This document shows positions 1-9,223 of a DNA stretch of 64,000 nt, in pieces. The DNA comes from Acidimicrobiia bacterium. GTDB taxonomy: Bacteria > Actinomycetota > Acidimicrobiia > Spongiisociales > JAENVV01. The position numbers and the translations under genes were made by a program. Positions within the stretch are counted from its first letter, which is position 1, and the number at the start of each line of letters is the position of its first letter. Where the stretch lies: positions 1-64,000 of the forward strand of contig JBFGJH010000008.1 in NCBI GenBank assembly GCA_041577335.1, read 5' to 3'. The notes beneath the pieces are model-generated. The model searched no databases. It was not told the DNA's origin and was given only the letters and a program-made list of their open reading frames with translations.

Positions 1-1
1 C

Positions 2-1951
2 GACACTGTCGCTGACCTGGTAGGCGAACTCGTACGACTTTCAGACAGGATTTCTATTCTGGCAACCAGCCGCGAGCGACTCGGTGTGCCCGGCGAATAT
101 GTCTTCCAAGTGCCTGGACTGGCCACACCGGGTGGTAGCCAGCTGGCCGATGTCGAGTCCCTGGCCAGGTCCGATTCTGTGGCTCTCTTCGTGGCGCGAG
201 CACAGGCAGTGCGATCGGACTACCGGCTGGCAGAGAAGGACGCCTCCGCAGTAGCCACCCTGTGCACTCGGCTCGACGGAATACCGCTGGCCATCGAGTT
301 GGCTGCGTCTCGCCTGGACGCTATGACGCCTGCCGAGGTGGTGGCACGCCTCGACGATAGGTTCAAGCTCCTCGTGACGAGATCCCGCAGCATTCCTCCT
401 CGCCAGCAGACGCTGGAGGCGGTGGTCGACTGGTCGCACGATCTTCTCGACAGCGACGAGCGAATTCTGATCCGACGGCTCGCCGTCTTCGACGGAGCAT
501 TCGACCTGACGGCCGCCGAAGCGATTTGCTCCGGTTCGGGCCTCGCCGAGGCGGACGTGCTCGATGTGCTCGCCGCTCTGGTAGCCAAGAATCTCGTAAC
601 GGCGAAAGCGGTCGACAATGCGACCCGGTACGGCATGCTCGAGACGATCCACGCCTATGCGCTGCGGCTGCTCGTCGCATCGGGCGAGCACGAACGGGTT
701 TCCGCTCAACATGCCGATCACTTCCGCGAGCTGGCCAGGCATTGGGCAGAGAATGAGCCTCCGGTGGTGAATGAGTGGTGGCACCGCCTGGTAGCCCAGC
801 CAGACAATGTGAGAGCAGCGCTGGACTGGGTAGCGACGAACCGGCCGGCATCCCAGCTCCACGAGATGGTGGCCGACCTCCAGTGGTTCTGGGTTTTCCG
901 AAGCATGACCGGATATGGGCTGGCATGGTCGAGGCGGGTCCTGAACGGCGACGGACCTTCGGGCCACCTGCGGGTCCGACTGGCTCGGGGGGCGGGGCCG
1001 CTCGCTGCGGAGGAGCAATGCTACGACGAAGCCGAGCATTGGATTCGCGAAGCCCTCACCTACTGGCAAGGTCAGGGCGATGCGTGGGAAGCAGCTTCCG
1101 ACGTCGCCAACCTCTCCAAGACCGCCCGCCTGCAGGGAAGGCTGGTCGAGGCACTGGACCTGGCGACCCAGTCGATTGCTCTCGTCGAGGCTTCCCAGAA
1201 GAACTCGTACCGCGGCCTCCACAAGCTGTCAGGAATAACGTCGAACCGCGCCGAGATCCTGTGTGACCTTGGGCGCCTCGAGGAGGCACACGCCGATGCC
1301 CTCGGCGCATTGTCCGTGGCCGAGCTCGAAGATGGCGATACCTACCTGTACCACGATGCCGTGAGGGTGATGGGTCGAATCTCGCTGGCGCTCGAGCGTG
1401 TCGACGAGGCCGCCGAATGGTTCGAGCGAGCATCTCGGGTTGGATCACGCCTCGGCTCGGACTTCAAGGGACGAGCGCTCAACGGGTTGGCCACCGTCGC
1501 TCTCATTCGTGGACGGTGGGCGGAAGCCGAGACGCTTCTGCGGCAGTCGTTGGAGGTGCTCGAGGATAAAGCCCTCGACCGGCTCGAATCGATGCGATTG
1601 ATGAGTCTGGTGTTGCTCTTTCTCCAACGCCCCAGTGAAGCCACGGATCTGGCCCGACACACGGTCGCTCGAGCGGCCGGCGGCGCAGGAGACCGGAATC
1701 TCGCCGCGACGCTAGAAATCGCCGGGGTGTGCGATGTCATCGCCGGCGATGCCGTACGGGGATGGACCCTCATCGAGGCCGGGCGGGAATCGTTGCGGAC
1801 GGCGGGCATCCAGGAGCCCCCCTGGCACACATCGCTGCTCTCGCAACTCGCCGAGCTATACGAAATCGACCTGCGTGAAGCTCCACCCGGCACGTCGGTG
1901 CCGGCGCTCTCCACGAGCGACGCTGGACGATTGGTCTTGACGCACCGTTGA
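2..1951 (+). CDS. STAND-type (NB-ARC-like) ATPase with C-terminal TPR repeats, AfsR/LuxR-regulator-like; 5'-truncated by the window edge
   Basis: Frame is open from base 2 (ILATSRERLGVPGE). Contains LDGIPLAIELAASRL and RQQTLEAVVDWSHDLL motifs typical of actinobacterial predicted-ATPase regulators, followed by TPR-like helices. Confidence 0.8.
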   Translation, partial: DTVADLVGELVRLSDRISILATSRERLGVPGEYVFQVPGLATPGGSQLADVESLARSDSVALFVARAQAVRSDYRLAEKDASAVATLCTRLDGIPLAIELAASRLDAMTPAEVVARLDDRFKLLVTRSRSIPPRQQTLEAVVDWSHDLLDSDERILIRRLAVFDGAFDLTAAEAICSGSGLAEADVLDVLAALVAKNLVTAKAVDNATRYGMLETIHAYALRLLVASGEHERVSAQHADHFRELARHWAENEPPVVNEWWHRLVAQPDNVRAALDWVATNRPASQLHEMVADLQWFWVFRSMTGYGLAWSRRVLNGDGPSGHLRVRLARGAGPLAAEEQCYDEAEHWIREALTYWQGQGDAWEAASDVANLSKTARLQGRLVEALDLATQSIALVEASQKNSYRGLHKLSGITSNRAEILCDLGRLEEAHADALGALSVAELEDGDTYLYHDAVRVMGRISLALERVDEAAEWFERASRVGSRLGSDFKGRALNGLATVALIRGRWAEAETLLRQSLEVLEDKALDRLESMRLMSLVLLFLQRPSEATDLARHTVARAAGGAGDRNLAATLEIAGVCDVIAGDAVRGWTLIEAGRESLRTAGIQEPPWHTSLLSQLAELYEIDLREAPPGTSVPALSTSDAGRLVLTHR

Positions 1952-1986
1952 GCAGGCCGGTCGGCCAACGCGTGCAGGGCCGTCGA

Positions 1987-2931
1987 CTACATCGGAGGTT
2001 TGAGCGGTTCGTTTCGAATCCGTGGGTCGATCTTCGGCAATATCAGATCAGCTGTGGCGCTGCACACGACGCTGAAGACGACGGCGATCATCAGCACTCC
2101 CACGATGACGTTGTGATCCTTGGTGACGACGGCGTCGATGACCAGAGACCCCAACCCGGGAAGATCGAAGATGACTTCGATCACGATGAGACCGCCGACG
2201 ATCTGGGATGCGCTGGCTGCCAGGAAGGTGACCACCGGGGCCACTGACGCCTTCAAGGCATGGATCGACACGATGCGCCGTTGCGGTAGACCCATCGAGT
2301 GGGCGAAGTTGATGAATGGCTCACGAAGCGTCTCCCGCAGACCCGTATGAGTCATCCTGACCGTGAGCGCGGTTGAACCGGCAGCCAGCGCCGTCGCAGG
2401 AAGGACATAGCTGCCTGCGCCGTGGAGCCCCCTTGGTTGCAGCCAGCTGGCCCCGTATCCGATCCAACCCAGGAGCAGATAGGCGACGATGAAGATCGGG
2501 ATTGAGACCACGATCACGGCCAGGGTGCGAACCAGCCAACTGACCACCGGGGCCTGACGCAGTGCACCTATCACTCCCAAGGATACCCCCAAGACCGTCT
2601 GAATCACCAATGCCCCCGCCACAATGCGGGCCGAGACGGGAAGGCGCTCTGCGATGAGGTCGCCAACCGCGGCACCCCTGATGCTGTATCCGAGGTTTCC
2701 CTCGAAGGCGTTTCTCACGAACTTGAAGTATTGGACGTAGAACGGGTCGTCGAGGCCGTAGCGGGCCCGAAGCTCGGCGAGCAATTCAGGGGGAGGAGGC
2801 TGGAAGCCAAAGAGACCTCGGATCGGGTCACCGGGAATCACATGGGTGAGTCCGTAGAGAAGCAGTGAGGCTGCAAAGAGCACAAGCGCCATCGAGAACA
2901 AGGTTTGACGCACGTGTGCTCCGTATCTCAT
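1987..2931 (-). CDS. ABC peptide/nickel transporter permease (DppB/OppB family)
   Basis: N-terminal PGDP...LRARYGLDDPFYVQY, GNLGYS, EAA-loop variant (FAHSMGLPQRRIVSIHALK), IEVIFDLPGLG, terminal DPRIR. Confidence 0.9.
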   Translation of the reverse strand: MRYGAHVRQTLFSMALVLFAASLLLYGLTHVIPGDPIRGLFGFQPPPPELLAELRARYGLDDPFYVQYFKFVRNAFEGNLGYSIRGAAVGDLIAERLPVSARIVAGALVIQTVLGVSLGVIGALRQAPVVSWLVRTLAVIVVSIPIFIVAYLLLGWIGYGASWLQPRGLHGAGSYVLPATALAAGSTALTVRMTHTGLRETLREPFINFAHSMGLPQRRIVSIHALKASVAPVVTFLAASASQIVGGLIVIEVIFDLPGLGSLVIDAVVTKDHNVIVGVLMIAVVFSVVCSATADLILPKIDPRIRNEPLKPPM

Positions 2932-3100
2932 GGAGATGGCACCGTAACCGGCTCGGTTGTCTCCCGGAGCATCACCGGGGGACCGCGTCGGCGAGCGGCG
3001 CCCGACACAACCCGATACGATGCGGGCGCTGTCCCCCAGAACAGCCCTGGTCCGAACGGGCTCTCTGTATTTCCATCAACCATCTGATCTGAGCTTTGGC

Positions 3101-5275
3101 ATGACAGAAAAGGCCCAACCGACGACTCGCCCGGGACTTGGGACATTTGGAGGCGTCTTCACGCCTTCGATTCTCACCATCCTCGGCGTCATCATGTACC
3201 TGCGGTTCGGCTGGGTCGTTGGAAACGCCGGACTCACCGGGACATTCTTGATCGTCGTCATCGCGACTGCCATCACATTCCTCACCGGGCTGTCGATCTC
3301 GCAGATTGCCACCGACCAGCGAGTTCGAACCGGCGGCGCCTATTACATGATCAGCCGGGCTTTGGGCATCGAAATCGGCGGCGCCATCGGTATTCCGCTC
3401 TACCTCGCCCAAGCCCTATCGGTCGCTCTCTACACGATCGGTTTTGCAGAGAGCCTGGGCGCCGTGCTCCCGCAGTTCGACCAGCGCATCGTCGCCGGCG
3501 TCACAACCGTGGCAGTGACCGCCCTTGCTTTGAAGTCGGCGAGGACGGCAATACGAGCCCAGTATTTCATCATGGCCGGCATCGCCATTTCCTTGCTGTC
3601 CTTCTTCCTCGGGTCTCCCATCGAAGCCGCTCAGCAAACCACTGCGGTCGAAACCGTGAGTTTTTGGCAGGTGTTTGCGGTGTTCTTCCCGGCCGTCACG
3701 GGCATCATGGCCGGCGTGAACATGAGCGGGGATCTCACCGATGCGCGTCGTTCGATCCCGCGCGGCACGATGGCGGCGATTGGCGTGAGCTTTGTGATCT
3801 ACATGATCATCCCGCCGTTTCTCGCCAGCAGGGCCGACCAGGCAACATTGATCAACGATCCGCTCGTGATGCGCCAGATCGCTTTTTGGGGCGACGCCAT
3901 CCTCATCGGTGTGTGGGGAGCCACCCTGTCGAGCGCGTTGGGGAGCATCCTCGGTGCACCCCGGATCCTCCAAGCTCTGGCAAGGGACAACATCCTCCCT
4001 CGTCCGCTTCGAATTCTCGGGCGGGGCACTGGGCCAGAAGACGAGCCACGGATCGGAACCTACGTCTCATTGGGCCTGGCATTGACGGCCGTCACGCTCG
4101 GGGACCTGAACATCATTGCCCCGATCCTCACCATGTTCTTTCTCGCTACGTACGCCGTGGTGAACATCGTCTCGGCGGTTGAGCGGTTCTTGGGCAGCCC
4201 ATCGTTTCGGCCGACATTCCGGGTGCATTGGGCTCTCTCGTTTCTGGGCGCCGTCGGATGTACCGCCGTCATGGTTCTCATCAATCCGGTCGCCACCGTC
4301 GTGGCCGGAGTCGTCGTGGTGGCCATCTACCTGTGGCTGCAGAGGAGGGGGATCGAAACCACTTGGGGAGACCTCCGGCAGGGCGCCTGGCAGACACTGA
4401 TCCGGTGGGGTTTGCTCAACCTCAGCGGAGCGAGCGACGCCAAGAGCTGGCGTCCCAATTTCTTGGTGCTCGCCGGCAGCCCCGCCAAGCGGTGGTATCT
4501 CATCGAGCTGGCGAATGCCATCTCCCACAACCGCGGGCTCCTCAGCATTGCCACCATCCTCCCCGACCCGGTGAGCGCCGATCGCAAACAAGCGTTGGCG
4601 GCGACGATCCGCGACCGTCTCGGCGAGCGAGGTGTCCAGGCTCTGGTACGCGTGGTATCCGCAGAGACGCCGTATCGAGGAGCGGCGTTGCTGGTCGAGG
4701 GCTACGGCCTGGGGACGCTGGTTCCCAACACCGTGCTTCTCGGCGACGGAGAGACAACGAGTGACCCCACCGAGTACGCCGCCATGGTGGCCGGGATACA
4801 CCACGCCAACCGCAACATCATGGTGGTGCGCGCTGACGACGAGGTGGGATTCGGCAAGAACTCCACCATCGATGTCTGGCTCCACGGAGTACGCAAGAAC
4901 GGCGCACTGATACTGACCCTCGCTCATCTTCTCGCCACCAGTCTTGGATGGCGAGGAGCGGTGATCAACGTTCGAATGATTGTGCGCAACCGGGACGGCG
5001 CCGGCGAGGCCGCCGACAACTTGAATCGCCTCATCGCGACGGCCCGCATCGAAGCCACGGTCGAGGTGATCGTCGACGAACGGCCGCCGCTCGAGGTCAT
5101 CGCCGACCGGTCCCGGCGAGCAGACATCACCTTCTTGGGATTGCCGACACCGGGGGTCGACACCGATGATTTCGCCGGGCAGCTCAGATTCCTCCTCGAC
5201 CAGACCGAAAGCCTCTCCTCAGCTGTGTTTGTGCTCGCCGCAGGCGAGACCGACCACGAGGTCATCCTCAATTAG
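3101..5275 (+). CDS. Cation-chloride cotransporter (SLC12-like, APC superfamily)
   Basis: LGTFGGVFTPSILTILGVIMYLRFGWVVG, GGAYYMISRALG, FFPAVTGIMAGVNMSGDL, and cytoplasmic C-domain WRPNFLVL / GLGTLVPNTV. Start set at ATG 3101 (ORF track begins 2957). Confidence 0.85.
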   Translation: MTEKAQPTTRPGLGTFGGVFTPSILTILGVIMYLRFGWVVGNAGLTGTFLIVVIATAITFLTGLSISQIATDQRVRTGGAYYMISRALGIEIGGAIGIPLYLAQALSVALYTIGFAESLGAVLPQFDQRIVAGVTTVAVTALALKSARTAIRAQYFIMAGIAISLLSFFLGSPIEAAQQTTAVETVSFWQVFAVFFPAVTGIMAGVNMSGDLTDARRSIPRGTMAAIGVSFVIYMIIPPFLASRADQATLINDPLVMRQIAFWGDAILIGVWGATLSSALGSILGAPRILQALARDNILPRPLRILGRGTGPEDEPRIGTYVSLGLALTAVTLGDLNIIAPILTMFFLATYAVVNIVSAVERFLGSPSFRPTFRVHWALSFLGAVGCTAVMVLINPVATVVAGVVVVAIYLWLQRRGIETTWGDLRQGAWQTLIRWGLLNLSGASDAKSWRPNFLVLAGSPAKRWYLIELANAISHNRGLLSIATILPDPVSADRKQALAATIRDRLGERGVQALVRVVSAETPYRGAALLVEGYGLGTLVPNTVLLGDGETTSDPTEYAAMVAGIHHANRNIMVVRADDEVGFGKNSTIDVWLHGVRKNGALILTLAHLLATSLGWRGAVINVRMIVRNRDGAGEAADNLNRLIATARIEATVEVIVDERPPLEVIADRSRRADITFLGLPTPGVDTDDFAGQLRFLLDQTESLSSAVFVLAAGETDHEVILN

Positions 5276-5427
5276 GCGGCATCTCCATCCACCAACGCTC
5301 GCACCAGGGCAAGGGGTGAATGGCCCGGCTGGGAAGGGCAACAAGACCCGGACTGCTCGGGCCGGTCGGCAGGGCGTGGGTGGAGTAGTGTGCCTCCGAG
5401 TAGGGAACTACACATGGAGGAATCACT

Positions 5428-6891
5428 TTGACTTATCGATTTATGTCCTTGCTGATCGCGCTTTTGCTGGTGGCAGCCGCCTGCGGAAGTAGCGACTCAA
5501 CAGACACAACGGTGGCGCCGGACGGCGACACTCCCGCAACCGAAGCACCAGCAGCAACCGAAGCACCAGCGGCAACCGACGCCCCCGCGGCAACGGACGC
5601 ACCGGCGACTTCGGACGTAATACCCATCGACTTCTGGGTTGCGTTCTCCGACGAGGCCCGCCTCGGATTCGCCGAAGACGCCGCCGCTGCGTTCAACGCT
5701 GCGCATCCGGAGTACGACATCCAGGTGACCTCGTTCGCGTCGTACAACGACGCGTTCGACGCCGCAGTGCTCGCAGTCGACAGCGGCGATCCTCCCGGGA
5801 TCATCCACTTCTTCGAGGCGGCGACTCGCCAGGCCCTCGACGCAGTGGATGCAAGCGGAAACCCGATCTTCAAGTCGGTGACCGAAGCCATCGACGGCCG
5901 CACCGAGATCCTCGGTGAGCCCGTCGTGCTCGACAACGTCGTCTCGGCGGCCCGCGACTACTACACGGTCGACGGTTCGTTCTATTCGATGCCCTGGAAC
6001 ACCTCAACGACGGTGATGTTCAACAACATGGACATTCTCAACGAGGCAGGCATAACCGAGCCACCCGCCACGTGGGCAGAAGTAGAAGAGACGTGCGCCG
6101 CGGTCATGGCGCTGCCAGACGCGCCCAGCGGGTGTATCACCTGGCCGAACCATTCGTGGTTCGTCGAGCAGAGCCTCGGCCAGCAGGGCGAGCTGCTCGG
6201 CAACAACGACAACGGACGCAGCGGACGGGCAACCGAGGTATTCCTCGAGTCTGACGGCATGCTCGACTACCTCGAGTGGTGGAAGGGTCTCTCGGACGAC
6301 GGGTACTACACCTACACCGGCCTCCAGCGCGACTGGGACGGCACGTCCAATGCCTATCTGGCCGGAGACGTCGCCATGCTGATCTACTCGAGCTCGGACA
6401 CCACGTTCTTCGACGAGAACGCGACGTTCACCAACCAGGCCAGCTTCATGCCGCGCAACCAGGACACCGAGTATGTGGGCAACCTGATCGGTGGAGCCAC
6501 ACTGTGGATGTTGAATGGCATGGATCCGGCCACCGAAGACGGAGCCCTGGCATTCATGAACTTCTTCTCGAACCCAGAGAATGCCGCCGCCTGGCACCAG
6601 CTGACCGGCTACGTCCCGATCACCGAGGACGCAGTGAACCTTCTCGATGGCGAAGGCTGGTACGACGCGAGTCCCAACAGCAGGGTTGCTTCCGACCAGT
6701 TGGCAGCAGCTCAGAACACGCCTGCCTCGCTGGGAGCGTTGCTTGGCAACTTCGTCGGAATTCGTGACATCATCACGCTCGCGATCGAGGACATCCTCGT
6801 GAACGATCTCGACGTCGCCACCCGAATGGCACAAGCCAACGAAGAAGCGAACAAGTCGCTCTCCGAATACGAAGCACTGTTCGGCAACTAG
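5428..6891 (+). CDS. ugpB: ABC transporter substrate-binding lipoprotein, UgpB-like (glycerol-3-phosphate/glycerophosphodiester class)
   Basis: Lipobox LLVAAAC, (APAATE/D)n linker, YSMPWNTST, IGGATLW, AAAWHQLTGYVPIT. RBS GGAGG before the TTG start. Confidence 0.75.
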   Translation: MTYRFMSLLIALLLVAAACGSSDSTDTTVAPDGDTPATEAPAATEAPAATDAPAATDAPATSDVIPIDFWVAFSDEARLGFAEDAAAAFNAAHPEYDIQVTSFASYNDAFDAAVLAVDSGDPPGIIHFFEAATRQALDAVDASGNPIFKSVTEAIDGRTEILGEPVVLDNVVSAARDYYTVDGSFYSMPWNTSTTVMFNNMDILNEAGITEPPATWAEVEETCAAVMALPDAPSGCITWPNHSWFVEQSLGQQGELLGNNDNGRSGRATEVFLESDGMLDYLEWWKGLSDDGYYTYTGLQRDWDGTSNAYLAGDVAMLIYSSSDTTFFDENATFTNQASFMPRNQDTEYVGNLIGGATLWMLNGMDPATEDGALAFMNFFSNPENAAAWHQLTGYVPITEDAVNLLDGEGWYDASPNSRVASDQLAAAQNTPASLGALLGNFVGIRDIITLAIEDILVNDLDVATRMAQANEEANKSLSEYEALFGN

Positions 6892-6909
6892 ACGAATAAA
6901 AGAAAGATG

Positions 6910-6937
6910 CGGGGGCGAGGCGAATGCCTCGCCCCCG
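6910..6937. terminator. Intergenic stem-loop between SBP and permease (mRNA-stabilising hairpin or terminator)
   Basis: Perfect 12-bp stem CGGGGGCGAGGC-gaat-GCCTCGCCCCCG. The A-rich tract upstream would be the U-tract on the minus strand. Confidence 0.7.
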
Positions 6938-6981
6938 TGTCGTATTGTCGTAACCGTGCCACATACACAAGACGCTGATTC

Positions 6982-8361
6982 GTGCTGATCCTCGGCCTGA
7001 TTGTCGCTGCCGTTCTCGGCCCGTTGTACGTGTGGTGGAAGATCGACAATGCCACGGTGCCTCGTTACGGGATCGCCTCGGCCACCGCGGTCGCCGGGGC
7101 CGCCGTCCCCATCATCGCCCTCGGCCAGTGCGGGTTCGCAGCGGAGTCGACGAGTGTTGACCAACTCCTCACCTTCGGCCTGATGTTGGGTGGCGCCTGG
7201 CTCGGGTTGATCGGCCTGCACGCCCTCTTGGATCGAGCAGACGGCGTCGAGAAGGAGTCCTCGGCGATGGCGGGCGAAATCCGAGGGGGCGGCTACCGGA
7301 TGGGATGGTGGGTGCCATGGGTGTTGCTCTCACCAACCCTGATCATCCTGCTCGTCTTCCTCTACACGCCGGCGGCGCAGACCTTCAAACTGTCTACTCA
7401 GCTCGCCCGGCTCGGAGCACCTCGATCGGTCGACGTGTGCCTCACCAACTTCAGCGAGCTACTCATCACCGACCCCTTCAAGTTGGTTGCGTACCCACTG
7501 CTGGCCATTGCCGCCGTGTACGGAGCCCGCTTCTGGGTCTCGCATTCCACGGTCGGGACCCTCAGCCGCCGCGGAGCCGACATCGCCGCGGTGATCGCGG
7601 TGCTGTCGGTATTCGTCGCCTTGTATGGCATATTCTCTCCGGGCGGCGCAGGCCAGGTCGCCTATCGCCCGGTGTATGTCAACACCGTGATCATCTCGGT
7701 CGGCATCGTCGCATTGGGCATGATGGGCGGCTTGGCGGTCGCCTATTTGGCTTTCCGTAACATACGGGGCGGGAGCGTCTACCGCACGTTGTTGATCTGG
7801 CCATATGCGATCTCGCCGGCCGTGGCAGGCGTGCTCTTCTTCATGATCTTCGACCCAACGGCCGGCATCTTCACCTATTCCATGGAGACCTGGTTTGGCA
7901 TCGACGTGCCCAACTATCGTGAGTCGGCGGTTCTGGCTCAGACCGCCATCATCGTGGCGAGCGGCTGGAAGATCCTCGGGTACAACATTCTCTTCTACCT
8001 TGCCGGCCTGCAGACGGTTCCCATCGAGCAGGTCGAGGCGGCTCTCATCGACGGAGCTACGAGCCGGCAGCGGTTTCAACGAATCGTGCTGCCTGCGTTG
8101 TCGCCCATCACATTCTTTCTGCTCGTAACCAACGTGACCTACGCCTTCTTCGAGGTGTACGCCACGATCGACTTCATGACCAAAGGCGCTCCGGCCGGCA
8201 AGACATCGGTCGCTATCTACGAAATCATCCGGGTCGGCGTGAACAACGGCGACCTCGGGCGGGGCGCCGCCCAATCGGTGCTGCTCTTCATCGCTGTGAT
8301 CGGCATCACCCTGTGGCAATTCCGTACCAGCGGTAGCCGCGTGAGCTACGGAGGATCCTGA
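6982..8361 (+). CDS. ugpA: Carbohydrate ABC permease, UgpA-like, with extra membrane segments
   Basis: YRTLLIWPYAISPAVAG, WKILGYNILFYLAGLQTVP, EAALIDGA, LSPITFFLLVTN. Confidence 0.8.
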   Translation: MLILGLIVAAVLGPLYVWWKIDNATVPRYGIASATAVAGAAVPIIALGQCGFAAESTSVDQLLTFGLMLGGAWLGLIGLHALLDRADGVEKESSAMAGEIRGGGYRMGWWVPWVLLSPTLIILLVFLYTPAAQTFKLSTQLARLGAPRSVDVCLTNFSELLITDPFKLVAYPLLAIAAVYGARFWVSHSTVGTLSRRGADIAAVIAVLSVFVALYGIFSPGGAGQVAYRPVYVNTVIISVGIVALGMMGGLAVAYLAFRNIRGGSVYRTLLIWPYAISPAVAGVLFFMIFDPTAGIFTYSMETWFGIDVPNYRESAVLAQTAIIVASGWKILGYNILFYLAGLQTVPIEQVEAALIDGATSRQRFQRIVLPALSPITFFLLVTNVTYAFFEVYATIDFMTKGAPAGKTSVAIYEIIRVGVNNGDLGRGAAQSVLLFIAVIGITLWQFRTSGSRVSYGGS

Positions 8362-9209
8362 TGATCGGTTTGACCCCAGGAGTTCAGCGAAAAGGCCTCA
8401 TCAGAGGCCGAAAGTGGCCGTTCCATATCGGCCTCACCGTCACCGCCCTCGTCATTGCGTTCCCGTTGCTCTACGCCTCCCTCATCGCGACGCAAAGCAA
8501 CCCAGAGATCTTCTCGTTCCAACTCACACCCGGAAGCGCCTTGAGGGAGAATTTCGAGGCCGTATGGGTGAGGCGCGACTTCTCCGGCGCCATGTGGAAC
8601 TCAATGCTCATGTCCATTCTCATCACTACGGGCAAGACGGTGCTTTCTCTGCTCGCCGGGCTGGCGTTCGTCTACTTCAAATTCCGTGGCAAATGGATCG
8701 TCTTCTTCTTCGTGCTGGTGACCCTGATGATGCCGACCGAGGTCATGATCCTGGCGATGTTCCGCATGGTGTCTGGTTTCGGCTGGCAGGACACCATGAC
8801 TGCTCTCGTGGTCCCCTTCTTGGCGTCGGCAACGGGCGCCTTCCTCTTCCGACAGCATTTCGCCAACCTGCCGGGCGATTTGCTCGAAGCGTCTCAGATC
8901 GACGGCGCCTCACCGGTTCAGTTCCTGACCAGGGTCCTCGTCCCTGTTTCGTGGAACGTCATCGCCGCGCTGTTCGTGATTCAGTTCGTCTACTCGTGGA
9001 ACATGTTCCTGTGGCCAAGCCTCATCGTGAGAGATGAGTCGCGGTCGGTGGTGCAGGTGGCTCTTCAGACCCTCACCAACATCGAAGGCGCTACCACGTA
9101 TGGGCCGCTGATGTTGGCAGCCATCATGGCTTCCATCCCCCCTGCGATCGTCTTCGTGCTCATGCAGAAGCCCTTCATGAGCGGATTCGCCGTCGGCCAG
9201 GACAAGTAG
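8361..9209 (+). CDS. ugpE: Carbohydrate ABC permease, UgpE-like
   Basis: TLMMPTEV, ASATGAFLFRQHF, EASQIDGA, WNMFLWP. TGATG coupling to the upstream gene. Confidence 0.8.
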   Translation: MIGLTPGVQRKGLIRGRKWPFHIGLTVTALVIAFPLLYASLIATQSNPEIFSFQLTPGSALRENFEAVWVRRDFSGAMWNSMLMSILITTGKTVLSLLAGLAFVYFKFRGKWIVFFFVLVTLMMPTEVMILAMFRMVSGFGWQDTMTALVVPFLASATGAFLFRQHFANLPGDLLEASQIDGASPVQFLTRVLVPVSWNVIAALFVIQFVYSWNMFLWPSLIVRDESRSVVQVALQTLTNIEGATTYGPLMLAAIMASIPPAIVFVLMQKPFMSGFAVGQDK

Positions 9210-9223
9210 GGGTAGGCCCAGAC

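Noticed and set aside
2..1951. Avs/STAND antiphage system
   Set aside because: The motifs match the common actinobacterial ATPase-TPR regulator class. No effector or defence neighbours are visible, although the N-terminus lies outside the window.
5276..5427. Riboswitch upstream of the ugpB-like gene
   Set aside because: The region is GC-rich, but I could not identify the conserved core of any known riboswitch. A covariance-model search would be needed.
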